From Hemiscyllium ocellatum (taxonomy: Eukaryota), in the NCBI RefSeq assembly GCF_020745735.1, contig NC_083404.1, positions 46,871,731-46,935,730 on the forward strand: a stretch of 64,000 nucleotides of DNA, given 5' to 3'. Position 1 is the stretch's first letter, and the number at the start of each line of letters is the position of its first letter. This document shows, one piece after another, positions 45,890 through 58,260 of the stretch. Position numbers and translations under genes: made by a program. The notes below the pieces were generated by a model, which worked only from the letters and a program-made list of their open reading frames with translations, searched no databases and was not told the origin of the DNA.

Positions 45890-47500
45890 GAAATGCAATG
45901 AACTATATCTTGTTTACTCCACTAGTCTCTTCTGAAAAGACACTTTGTTCCTCAGTACTCCCTAGAGGCCTACCATTCATTGCATATATCCTTCCCTTAT
46001 TAGATTTCCCAAAATGTATTATCCCGCACTTATCAGGTTTAAATTTCACCTGCCATTGTTCTGGCCAGTTTACCAGCTGATCAATATCAGACGGTAACCT
46101 GAGATCATCCTCTTCACTATCAACAACACCAATTTTATGTCATCTGCAAACTTACTAATTATACCTTCTGCATGATCGAAGTCATTAACATACATAACAA
46201 ACAGCAAGGATTCCAGAACTGGCCCCTGTGGTCCACTACTATTTATAAGCTTCCAATCACACAAGCCTTCCTCTACCATCACCCTTTGCCTCCTACTTGC
46301 AAGCCAAGTTTGGACCCAGTATGCCAATTTGACTTGAATCCAATCAGCTTTCACCTTTCGACCAGCCTTTCATGTGGGTCGTTGTCAAAGGCCTTGCTAA
46401 AGTCCATGTAAACTATTTCAAATGCACTACCCTCATCAATATATTTAATTATCTTTTCAAAAAACATAATTCTATTATTCAGATGGAATGACCTGCCAAC
46501 AAAACCTGTACCGACTATCCCTGATCAATCTGAAGCTTTCTGAGTGTTGATTAATCCTGTGCCTCAGAATTCTTTCTAAAAACTTCCCTTCCACTAATAT
46601 TAGACGAATGATAATTATCTGGCCTATCCCTGCTGCCTTTCTTTAACAAAGGAACCACATTAGGTCTCCTACAGTCATGTGGCATTTCTCCTGTGGCCAG
46701 CGAAGTATTAAATATCTCTGCCAGTCCCCCAGAATTCTCTTCCCTTGACTCCCATTGCACCTAATAGTTCCTCCTTATTAATCTTAACAGGTTTTAGAAC
46801 TTCACCATCACAAATGTATTCTCCAGCCCTGAACTCTCACTATACTACTTTTAAAACACACTGACTTTCCAAATATAGATATCTTCAAGTAGCTCCTCCC
46901 AGTCTATGATTGCCAAATATGATGTGGATGTGCTGGTGTTGGACGACACCAGGTTATTGTCAAACATGTTGCGCTATAACTCAGTGTTGTGTGACATCTG
47001 ATATTTAAATTGGCCTTTCCCAATTTCCCCCATTCCTGATGAAGGGCTTATGCCTGAAACATCGATTTTCCTGCTCCTCAGATGCTGCCTGACCCACTGT
47101 GCTTTTCTAGCACCACACTCTCGACTCTGACCTCCAGCGCCTGCAGTCCTCACTTTCTCCTAGTTGATTTTCTTCCCCCAATTTAGACACTTAATTTCTG
47201 CACAATCCTATCACTTTATGTATGACTTTTAAACTTAAAGAGTTTTGGTCACTATTTCAAAATACTCACTGAACTTCAACCATTTGATTGGTTTCATTGC
47301 CTAGAATTAGGTTTGGGCATTGGCCCACCTCTAGTAGGACTATTTATGTACTGGCATAAAAAAGCTTACCTTATTGAATTTTAAAAATTGCACCCCATCA
47401 AACCTTTCACCATAAGTTAATCCTAGTCGATGTTAGGAAAGTTAAAATCCCCAACTATTTATCCCCATTCCTCTCACACCTCTCTGTGATTTGCCTAGTC
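45890..47500 (-). mobile_element. Old CR1 relic carrying small PLE-derived insertions (~46920-47000 and 47027-47176)
   Basis: PQGPVLESLLF...KFADD (46070..46354-); NVVPLLKKGSRD (46551..46760-). Confidence 0.82.
47027..47176 (+). mobile_element. 150-bp PLE-tail mini-element with hammerhead, 8-bp TSD
   Basis: AUUC-CUGAUGA-A-GGGC-UUAU-GCCU-GAAA-CA-UC-GAUU (47032-47067); CCCAATTT at 47019-47026 and 47177-47184. Confidence 0.85.
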
Positions 47501-48369
47501 CCTAAAGATACCTGCCCTCAATTAAAGATTCTAGATGACAATACATACAACATTCACAATATATGTTGACGTACCCCAAATCTTACTGCAATTCATATCT
47601 TTCTGTCACTTTCCTCAATGTTGATATAATTCTTAATGTATTACTCTTTTCAAATGCTGGAAGAGCTGCATTTAAATTAGGCTCTCATAGTTAAGTCATC
47701 CTCTTAGAGTACTCAGGTAAAATTATTAAAATTATAGCATGAGGAAATTGAGGAGCGTTGAAAATCTGGCAGGCTTAAGACCAGAATTAATGATGTGCGG
47801 CTCACAGGATCATGAACTGGAAGAAGTTACAGGATACTAAAAGGTGAGGGCATGGAGGCATTTGAAAAGTAGGCCGAGACTCTTGGTCACAGCTAAACAT
47901 ATTTTTATCTCTCATCTCATCAAATTGTGTACAGTTAGTTCTACAACTGCATAGGAAGACTTGCAGGCCCAAGCAGTAAATGCATTTAACTTTGAAACAG
48001 CTGGGTAATCTAGACCATGACTAGGTTTGCTTTATACAAATGTTTGATGTGAAGAGTATGCTTTTGGTCTTCCGCTGGTGAATCTGGTAACAGTTAAACA
48101 TTAACCATTAACATTGCTCAGCTGAATCATTCATTGTTTCATAAATGAAAATGACATTTACCTTCAGCAAATGTCGACATTTTACCCAGCATGCTCTGGA
48201 ATGGGTGCTTCAGGATAATCAAACAGGGAATTACATTATGCCTGGCATGAGACAAGGTGCTGCTCTGGCAAGGAGGAGTTGAATGGAGAGGGAAAGCAGC
48301 TGGGCAGTCAAGTGCACAGCACAGCACAGCAGTGCACCACAGTAAAACCACTGAAGACCAGACTGACAA

Positions 48370-48466
48370 TCAGAGTCGAAAAGTGTGGCACTGGAAACGC
48401 ACAGCAGGTTAGGCAGCATCCAAGGAGTAGGAGACATGATGTTTCAGGCATAAACCATTCATCAGG
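48370..48466 (-). mobile_element. 97-bp PLE-tail mini-element beginning at the hammerhead core, 7-bp TSD
   Basis: CTGACAA at 48363-48369 and 48467-48473; minus strand starts CCTGATGAATGGTTTATGCCTGAAACATC. Confidence 0.85.
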
Positions 48467-48849
48467 CTGACAACCAACACTACAACCTTCAGACATTAAA
48501 TTGACAACTCAATTTAAATTTTTAACATTGAGTTGTCGGTTTCATTGACAGTTCATTGGGGCAATATAACTTTTCGTGGAGCAAAATAACCAAAACTGAC
48601 CCAATCATTTCATAACTTCAATGCAAGAACTGCATTGGCAGATTTGCAGTCTGTTATTATTAAAGCATTTTTTCAAAAGAATGCATTAGCTGACACTACA
48701 ACTGACCAATGTTTTAAAACGTCAAGCTGCCTAAAAATTCCACTTCCAGTTGGTAGAGTGCCGATAACACAAGGATTATTTTACATTGCTCTATCCAATC
48801 ATTTTTAACTGTCAAGATTTTCCCAGAAATCAGAATTTTATGCAAGGAG

Positions 48850-49290
48850 CACTGCGCTGTCAGATGTACCATCTTTCAGGAGAAAACAAATCTAAGTGAG
48901 GCCTCATTTGCCTGATTGTGTGAAGATTAATGATGCAATGGCTCTATCCCACAGAACAGTAGGGGAGACAAATATATATCTGTAATGATTGTAACAAGGT
49001 CAACTCATAGAATATGAGTTCCCTGACTGGGGCTGTTAATCTGGTCCAACTGGGAAGCCCTGGCTGACAGACATAAACAGGAATGTCAGAGGTTATATTC
49101 ACTCTGAGAGCTGGCTCTGAGGGAGCTGGAATAGTGTCAAGGACTCTCCACATGTAAATAAAGGGTGACGAGGTGACAGGATACTGGCCTCTGTGGAGTT
49201 ATCCTTCAGACATACTAAAAACAGATTAATAGGTGTCATCACATTGCTGTTTGTGGAACTTGCAATGAGAAACTTGACTGCCTGGTTTCT
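48850..49290 (+). mobile_element. Deu-domain-like SINE relic split by a short LTR-like insert
   Basis: ...AATATATATC | insert | ...CTAAAAACAGATTAAT...ATCACATTGCTGTTTGTGGAACTTGC. Confidence 0.6.
48981..49201 (+). mobile_element. Short solo-LTR-like element
   Basis: Starts TGTAATG; CATAAA TATA-like motif; AATAAA at ~49157; TATC on both sides; 3' CA terminus not clearly preserved. Confidence 0.5.
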
Positions 49291-49626
49291 TGTATTGATT
49301 ATGTTTCAGAATCTTTTATTATCAATATGTGTCTTGGTATATGTCTGTCTTTTGTTATGATCAATAAAGATTGCCAGAGACAAGGATAATATAAACTTTA
49401 CCTTTAATTAAACATTGTATTCTAACTATATATAAGGCAAGGCTTATCTTGAGGCTTTAAGTAGAAACATCTCTCAATGGAGTCTATCATAAACTGATCT
49501 TACATCACCACTTCTGTTGAATGTACATTTGTATATGTAACACTACATCTTCTCTCCAGAGTTTGATACTATTTAATATATCATCTACATTATCCTTTAA
49601 CTCCAGCCTACATCTCAGTCTTCATC

Positions 49627-49767
49627 AAAAACCGAAAGAACTGCGGATGCTGGAAATCGGAAACAAAAACTGGAATTGCTGGAAAAGCTCAGCAGGTCTG
49701 GCAGCATCTGTGAAGCGAAATTAGAGTTAATGTTTTGGGTCCAGTGACCCTTCTTCCAAACAGTTCT
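49627..49767 (-). mobile_element. PLE-tail element with degenerate hammerhead
   Basis: Minus strand GAAGA-A-GGGUC-ACUG-GACCC-AAAACAUU-AACUC followed by the common tail; homologous to 26095-26228. Confidence 0.75.
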
Positions 49768-50059
49768 ACAATCCATTTGGTTTTGTTACTGCAGTCATTC
49801 TTGAACACCAACCCCCAGGGTTTATTACAAGGGAGATTTTCATCTGATGGACCATTGATTCAATTTCTTTCTTCAGCTTCTATAAAAGTGGACACAGAGC
49901 TGTGCAAGCTTAATGGCTTAGTAATGAACACTTGTTTTTGGATCACATGCAGTTGCTTTGATTTCTATCCCCTTATATTGAAGTGTAGCATTTAACTGAT
50001 CAGATCCTGGACCATGATTTGAAGACATTCCTAAAAATGGCATAATATAGTTGACTACC

Positions 50060-50560
50060 TGAGTATGTCTTGCTTTCACCACTGGTCTGTGTCTGGCTCA
50101 GCCGAAACTCCCCCATCCACTGATTAATTGGAAGTTTGCTTTATTGTCTACTTACGCAATATCAGTTCTCCAATAGTTTTCATCGGATGCAGTAACTTCT
50201 CCCAGACATGGCACTTCATTGCCTTTAACAACTTGAATTTCTTGAATGTTACTTGCTTTAATAGTTCTTTGTTGGGTTTCTGATTTGGAAGTTTGTTTTC
50301 ACTGTGACATACAGCTTTAAAATGTCCATTCTTCTGACAACAATGGCACTCTACATTCTTGGTGGGACAATTTTTGCATCAATGCAGCCCTTTCCCATTT
50401 CACCACTTCACCAAGAACATTGCGGCTCTCCCAGTCTTTGCATCGTTAGTTTTCTCTGTGAAGTCTCTCTGTCACCTTGAGTAAATACAAAAACTTACTT
50501 TCTCACATCTGCCTGCCTTCTTAACTGCACGGCTTTTGATCATGTTAAATAGTTCCTCAA
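50060..50560 (-). mobile_element. Gypsy/Ty3 (Mag-like) gag-protease relic
   Basis: 50369->50301 translates to CPTKNVECHCCQKNGHFKAVCHS (CCHC knuckle); upstream KAVQLRRQADVRK; downstream YWRTDIA..NKANFQLISG (degenerate protease). Confidence 0.75.
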
Positions 50561-50842
50561 TTAGCGAAAATGTGATAAAATCTCCTTTAAAATTCCCACA
50601 ACAGTGCAATCTCAAATTAATTAATCATTCAGGTTCTGTATTTGCAATTCCCAGCTAGTCGATATAATCATTAATAAAGAAATCTACATTCACTTCTCTT
50701 CATCGAGTATGCCAGTTGAACTTTGCCCTTTCTATAATTGTGTTTCTTTTAACACTGAAATATGTATCAAACACTTTTATAATACCTTTGTGTGCTACAA
50801 TTTCTTTAATAATGGAATGTCTGACTGCAAATCATCTGTATG

Positions 50843-51632
50843 AAAATAAAAACAGAGAATGCTGGAAAAAAAACTAAGCAGGTCTGGGAGCATGTCAGAA
50901 ACAGAGTTAACATTTAACAGTTAAGATTCCTCAGCATATTGGAAAACAATGGTTTTTGTGCCATTGACAAAGGGGGAAGAGGAGTAAGTGGGTGAGTTGG
51001 TGAGGGTGTCCAGAGCAAAACATAAAGTAAATCCTTTTCGTAATATATGGAGGGACTGAGATGTAGAACGGGTATGAATCATAGTTTTGATAAAGTAAGT
51101 TAGCTCTCCCAAAAGCAAAGCCAAGAAAATACAAACTTGATACATGGAGGGAGGTGGTTTTGATCAAAATGGAGGACAGAATTCATGCTTTGAAGACATT
51201 GAATTCAACTTTAAGTCATGAAGGCTGTAAAGTGCCAAAGCAGATAATGAAGTGCTGATCTTCCATTGCATGGAGCTTTGTTCACTGCAGCAGACCCAGG
51301 AAGGACACCCGGTTGCATGGGTGCAGCTAGTTCATTGAAATGGCAAGCAACTGGAAAGCCGAGGTCATTGTGAAAGATGGAGTGGAGCTGTTTCTTTATC
51401 ATCAAGAGCTTTCCATTTGTCTTTTTATCTTGGCACCCTCACCAACTGTTTCACTCATTCCTCCTCCCTCTTCTCACCAATATAAAAGAACCCTCATTTT
51501 CCAGCCACCTTCCATTCTGAATAAGAGTCTCTGGACTCGAAATATTAACTTGGTTTCTCTCTCCATAGATACTGCCAGACTTGTTACATTCTCTCATTTT
51601 ATTCAGAAGTTCCATATCTGCAGTATTTTGAT
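50843..51632. mobile_element. Old Penelope relic with inverted halves (minus ~50843-51400, plus ~51400-51632)
   Basis: DLGFPVACHFN (51211..51405-); common tail at both ends; CUGAAUA-A-GAGUC-UCUG-GACUC-GAAA at 51517-51542. Confidence 0.7.
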
Positions 51633-53055
51633 TTAATTTTAGGTCATTTGTACTGTCAGATATTGTGTAGAGAAGGGTACTGACCTGTTTCTTGCAAGAT
51701 TCTTTACTAGTCCGAAAGCACTCGGTGCCTCATAAACACATATTACAACCTCTGCCCTTTCTCAGTTTTATTTGGGTTTTTCACATTTTACTCCAGTAAG
51801 AGGAAGGTATACTCCTTGACTGCCCTTTCCTCTTGCCGTTTCCACTGCTGTTCTTTCCTGGGCTTTTATTTTCCATGCTGCTTTATCAACTACTGGGTTT
51901 TTTTTCCCACTAGCATTTTCTCTGGCCAGAATTTTCATTTATTGGCTCTTCCATTGTCTTTATCGTTGTTTCATTTTGCTATTGTTTTCATCGCTGTTTT
52001 TCGAAAGCCTATTCTGTTTTCTTTTCCATACATCCATCATCTGTTATCATCATTGCATGTCTGAGCTTGTTTGTGTCGATGACAAGGGTTAACATAGATG
52101 GTAAAATTTAAAGATTCACAGAAGTGTTACGAAACAGAAGGAGGGCATATGACTCATCATATCTGTGCAGACTCTCCAAATGAGCATTTCACTTACTGCC
52201 ACTCTCCCTCCTTCTCCCTGTAGTCCAGTTGAATGCCTCAAATGAACATGTCACCACTACCACATTCTCAGGCAGTGTCATGGAGTCATAGAGATGCACA
52301 GCACGGAGAGTGACCCTTTGGTCAAACTCATCTGGCCAACTAGACATCCTAGTCTGACTTGGTCCCATTTGTCAGCACTTGACTCATATTCCTCTATGTC
52401 CTTCCTATTCATACACCCATGCTACTATTAATGGAAACCCTTAAGTTGCAACTCACTACCATTGTAATTCACTAAGTGCCACACAGGAAATTTGAAAAAC
52501 AAACACTTTTTTTTGATTAAAGAGTCCTTGGGTCGGGGTACTGTCAAGGGGTGGGGTACTGTTTGTGCCTGACCAAGGCACCCAGCATTGAGAAGCAACC
52601 TGGAGCCAATAAGAGCCACCCCTGCCTTTACTGCCAAAGCCGCCCCCATCCCCCACCTTATAAGCTCCACTTACAATCCTTCCTCCCACCATCAGTTACT
52701 GGATCCTGCCTGTCAGTGGGTGCAGCTACTGCATTCTGAGTGCTGTGTCTCCGATTGGTCACTAGCTCAGTGCATGGCTTGTCCCACCCCCTGCCCACTA
52801 TCCTGGGGTCCTTAAGTTTAGGAAAGACCTGCTGTTGGCCAACTAAGTGCCTATTGACACCTAATATGTCCGGCCTCCTCAAAGAGAAACAAGTTGAGGC
52901 CCTCAGTTTTCCAGCTAGCAGACAGGACCTCTGTTGCATCCATTAAATATTTTCAGATTGGTGACCTGTGATTGAAGTGCTAATTGTCTTGACTGCTTCA
53001 GATCTCCTCAAATGCAAAGAAGGGATTCTATGCCTTAAAGTGTTCTGAGAAATTA

Positions 53056-53353
53056 CATTACTTACAGTGTGGAAACAGGCCCTTTGGCCCAACAAGTCCC
53101 CACCGACCCACTGAAGTGCAACTCACCCAGACCCATTCCCCTACATTTACCCCTTCACCTAACACTACGGGCAATTTAACATGGCCAATTCACCTAACCT
53201 GCACATTTTTGGACTGTGGGAGGAAACCAGAGCACCCGGAGGAAACCCACGTAGACACGGGGAGAATGTGCAAACTCCACACAGTCAGTCGTCTGAGGCG
53301 GGTCTCTGGCGCTGTGAGGCAGCAGTGCTAACCACTGTGCCACCGTGCTGCCC
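53056..53353 (-). mobile_element. HE1-like SINE
   Basis: Minus strand GGGCAGCACGGTGGCACAGTGGTTAGCACTGCTGCCTCACAGC head, conserved core and tail. Confidence 0.92.
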
Positions 53354-53474
53354 ACTTCTGCCATTTAAACCTAGCACATCACTTTTAAATGGTAATATTG
53401 GATAAGAAAATAACTCATTCTGGGGTGATAAAATAGTATGTATGATGCTGTCACAATTTATCTCATCAACTTCA

Positions 53475-53697
53475 CACAAAGGGTGGTGCATGTATGGAAT
53501 GAGCTGCCAGAGGAAGTGGTGGAGGCTGGTACAATTACATTTGAAAGGAATCTGGATGGGTTGATGAATAGGAAGGGTTTAGAGGGATAAGGGCCAATTT
53601 TTGGCAAATAGGGCTAGATTAGTTTAGGATATCTGGTCGGCCTGAACGAGTTTGACCAAAGGGTCTGTTTCCATGCTGTACCTCTCAATGGCTCTAA
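53475..53697 (+). mobile_element. CR1 3' end
   Basis: GGAATGAGCTGCCAGAGGAAGTGGTGGAGGCTGGTAC...GACCAAAGGGTCTGTTTCC. Confidence 0.88.
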
Positions 53698-56542
53698 CTT
53701 CACTTACATTTATTACACTACTTTGATCCTTGCTATCCAAGGAGCAATCAGAATTCACTATGAGAACAAAAAGATAATACATTTATCCTGTACAGAAATA
53801 ACATCTTCATAAGTCATTTATGGTCTGACCACTTTTGTGGGCTATGAATGACTTCCTTGTTGACGTAAAAATAGCATATCCCACTGTTCCCCAATGAAGA
53901 TCAGCTGTCTAGAATGTGGAAATGAATAAAACAAATAAGCCACAGTAATAAAGAGCAACTGCAACTAATTATTAGATTTAAAGTCCCCTGCTGTCATGAA
54001 ATATAAAAGTTAATCTTTTTTTTCCTTTGGTTTCATGACCACACTTTATTAATGAGGTAGTACTTTGAGAGCAGCTCTGTTTGCTTTCTGCCTCAATGAT
54101 AATATTAATGCTGACATAGAATAATGTTTGAAGCACTTCATTGGTACAGCATACTAACGTGTTGCTTATTGTCATAAAGGGCACTCAATAACTATATTGT
54201 CATTATCTCTGACAATTAGCTTATCATATGCCTGTTGCTGATGTGATACTTAATTTACGTCGAAGTAAGTCTTTGGCTGTCATGTTCACAATAAGTAAAA
54301 AAAAGATTTCTTAGGATTAATCTAAGCACATAATATTTTGAAAAGCACAATTTCCTTTCGAAAACATGCAAGATGAAACCATTTTTCCGCAAATCAATGT
54401 TGCTTCTTACATCACTGGTAAAGCAAACAAAAATGGTCTCTGCCTGAACGAGAAAACATTATCAGACCTTTCATTGATGCCAGCAGCATTACATTTTAAT
54501 TTGTCACATTTTGAGAATATGCAGAATGCAAGGGCTGTTCTGAGTGCCTGCCATTGTTCTGTCTGAAGGAGGAGAAATACACCACACAATATTTTCCTCA
54601 ATCGAACAATTATGTCATCAAAGTAAAAGATCATTAAACTTGAGTCATGTTATCACAACCCAAGTCAGTGTTTGTTCAATTATTTTCCACAGTGAATGCA
54701 CACAACCATTTTATTAAATGTACTATGGTCTTTAATCATGGTCTGCATTTTTGGCAATGTGGTTGGTATGGGAGAGTCACTCGCTGTTAGGTGAAGCCAT
54801 GGTTGTTTTTAACTCCTAGGCCTCTGTAACGCCTGGTCAGCCATTTCCTGCCTGAACAGGAAGGCAGAAGATCACATAGCGAGGAGGCTTGTGTCTTAGC
54901 ACACTGTAGGTGGTGGGAATGGGATCCACCGGCATCTCAAGCAGCCTGGGATTGGGAAGTGCAAGGACGAAGGGATTCCCCATTAAATACAGAACAGCTC
55001 ATATATTCTAGTCTCAAAAAGGAAAATGAAACTCTGCTGCTCACTCAAAAGTCCCAGTCCTCTCACACATGTTGAGCTCACTGGCCTAGTCTTCTGTTCA
55101 GGAACACCTTGATTTTAAAATTCTCATCCCATTTTGAAATCCTTGGCGTTGTCTTTCCCCATCACTGTTATCTCATCCAACCCAAGACTCTCCTAGATAT
55201 CTGCATTGTTCTACTTCTAATTGTAGTTCTTGTTGCACAATCTGTATCTGACTGTTCTGATGCTGAATCCCCTTCTGGGTTAATTTGATCTGGTAGGAAA
55301 TTATTGACATTTAACCCCTTCAGCTCAAAATTCAAACTGGAGTTGGGTCTCAGTGATATCCGTGTGGCCTGACATGCAAATATGGAAAAGATCCCTTCTG
55401 GATTGAATAAGTCTCTTTGAAGCTTGACCAGGAATTTGTGATCAATATTGGAGGAGCATTTAAATAAAATCTACCGTATTATATACGGGTATACCAACTT
55501 ACTGCACTGCCTGAGAAGCTGCTCGTGATGAAGGTTACTGCCAATACCTACTTTAAGTTTAGAAAACTACATGATCTATTCAGTCCAGTACAGTAACTAG
55601 AAAGGTTTCTTGCTGTTAATAAAATATTGTTTATTAATGCATGTTAGCGACTGTTTTCAAGATATGTTGCCATAGATACTGAATTGGATCTTAAGATATT
55701 TTGGCCAAGTGTGAGCTATGTTGGATGTTTTGGAGAGTTTGTCACCATAAGGACTAGCAGGATTTTGCACTGTATTTTACCAAACACGCCTCATTAGCTA
55801 CCTGCCCTGCCCATGGAGTCTCTCTCATGTAATTCTAGCCCTATGACAATGTATGGCATTACCAGAGCAATTCACCACTCCATGGATATTCACCGAAGAC
55901 TGGCAACCCTTGTGTCAGCACCATCTTTGAAAGGCCGTTGTGCACCCACATGAGTGTTGACTATCCAGTTTCACCCCTCACTGGCAAGGTAATGACACAG
56001 CGGCCACAAAACCACAAGTTAAATAGAACATCGTTCGCCTGACTGACACTTGCTCACAGATACAATCCCATTTTCACATCCTAGTTGCCATTTAACCATT
56101 ATTTCACACACTTTACTTGTTTGTAGCTACATCCTATCTGAAAACCCTTTTTTACATTGTATTCCTGTCTCCAATGCCCACAGTAGATCCATTGCTGATG
56201 AGTGGACTTCACGTGCCATTAAGTTATTGGCCAAGTCTGAACTTGACCTTTATTTATAGTGGCAAAAGGGAACCAAAGCAAAAAGAATTATGCTGCAGTT
56301 CTCCCCCACAATAAAAGCCAAATGCTGTTTACTTTGACAGTCCATGACATTCTTCAGCACCCAGCTAGCACCCGCTGGAACAGATATCATCAGGCCTTGT
56401 CTGCATTGTGGGACCCAATGCAGCTGAATCCTGTCATCCACAAGGAGAGATTCTTCATTCCAAATGTCTTCATTCTTCTCTTCGGAAGACTGCTATAATT
56501 CCTCAGTTTTTCAGCATCTATCATATCGCCTTGTTGCCTGCT

Positions 56543-56700
56543 CTAATTTTGCAAAGCCCAGCACACCTGGATGTGGCAGCACATTCTGTGCAGACTGTAT
56601 TGGAGGGGCAGACTGGACCACTCTAAACTGTGGGCCCACATATTCAATAGCCCCATTGTCTGTTCTACGACAGCCCTGGTTGTAGCACAGGCACCAACTT
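56543..56700 (-). mobile_element. PIF/Harbinger transposase (DDE_Tnp_4) C-terminal relic
   Basis: TTRAVVEQTMGLLNMWAHSLEWSSLPLQYSLHRMCCHIQVCWALQN matches the HARBI1-type R..VE..IG.LK.RFR.L..SGG.LQYSP....I..CC.LHN motif. Confidence 0.65.
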
Positions 56701-57853
56701 GGTAAAGATGCTGCACCAGCTGAGTGACCAATGAATTATTTCATTGTGCTCCAACACCCTTCCCATTTCAGGCCCACCTCAACCATTCCACTTATCGTTG
56801 CATTTATTAAAATTTATTTGTGCAATAGATGGGCCTACATCCAACAAATGAATAAAAAAAAGCCTATTGTCACACTTACATCATTTATGATGCAGCAATG
56901 TCTTCCTTTTGCCAAAGTACTTGTAGAAATTTCAGAAGCAATGGGGCATTTTTGCGCGGTTAAGCTATTGCCGGTAACTCCTGCATCACTGAGGTGACAA
57001 TGTTAGTTTAGCCGGCACGAATGGCATGGTGCAATCCACTTTTGACCAGCCTTCAAAGCCTAAGCAAGTTCACTCTATAGGCATTGCAATTGGGCGAGTT
57101 TAAAAATGTTTGCCAATGAAATGAGGGAGTTTGCAAATGGGCGCTTCATGCCGTCTCCCCTTTGGGATCCCAACATTCAGCAGACATGGATCCCACACTG
57201 CCACCCATCAGAGTGACACTGACTCTACCCACCCTGGGCATTGCCCCAGCCATTTATCAGTTGCATGCTCATTTAGAGAATGATAAGTGATGGTCGGGAC
57301 CACAGTTCATAGTGGACAATCTCAGGACAATGCTGCACCCGGTTGACAGGTTTCTGACCCCCATATCCTCACTGCCCACAATGATCCACAGTCCCCGCCC
57401 TCAGGCAGCATGTCCCTTTATACTTTATACTATCCTATCAGCCTCAATATGGACCCTCATGAACTACAACTCTCAATATTGCATGCAGCATTTCCACTTA
57501 AAATCTCTTACCCATATATTCCCCATAACTAGTAAGACTTCTTGCCCTCTGCACTTCCTACTCACTGGACACACTTCATCACCTCTTGTGCATCTGCTCT
57601 TCTATCATATCATATCAATTCCACCCTTTGTCTCATTGCTGGAAATATTTGCCCACACCTGGGCTAAGGGCCAAGATGGGAGTGGGGTGGGGGTGTGGAG
57701 GGATTCAGGCTCTTCATTCTACATCTTCACCAATCAACCCACAGCCCCTCCCATAACGAAGCACAATACAATTCCTAGAGGATGAATATGTTCATGCAAA
57801 AGTATCCAATCAACTCTTTTCCCACTCGCTCTGAATTCCTTAAAGGTACCATA

Positions 57854-58260
57854 GGGCAGCACGTTGGCTCAGTGGTAAGCACTGCTGCCTCACAGAATCA
57901 GGGATCCGGGTTTAATTACAGACTCTGGTGACTGTCTGTGTGGAGTTTAAACGTTCTCCCCGTGTCTGCGTGGGTTTCCTCCAGGTGCTCTGGCTCCCTC
58001 CCACAGCCCAAAAATGTACAGTTTAGGTGGATTGGCTATGGTAAGTTGCACGTAGTGTTCAGGGATGTGAAGGTTAGAGTAGTGGGATTTTGAGAAGATT
58101 TGTAACTCAGGTTGAGGTGCTGAACCTTCCAGCTCAGCAAGCAAACCTGCATCCAGTAGAGTAGTAGGGGTATGGGTCTGGGTGGGTTACTCTTCGGAGG
58201 ATCCATGTGGACTGGTGAGGCCATATGGCCTGTTTCCACACTATAGGGATTCTATGATTC
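57854..58260 (+). mobile_element. HE1-like SINE with a 73-bp internal insertion (58084-58156)
   Basis: Head GGGCAGCACGTTGGCTCAGTGG, core and tail; TAGAGTAGT duplicated at 58075-58083 and 58157-58165. Confidence 0.88.

Noticed and set aside
52428-52946. 8-bp inverted ends TTAATGGA/TCCATTAA around a GC-richer segment
   Set aside because: Too short and no clear TSD; left as an unclassified old repeat
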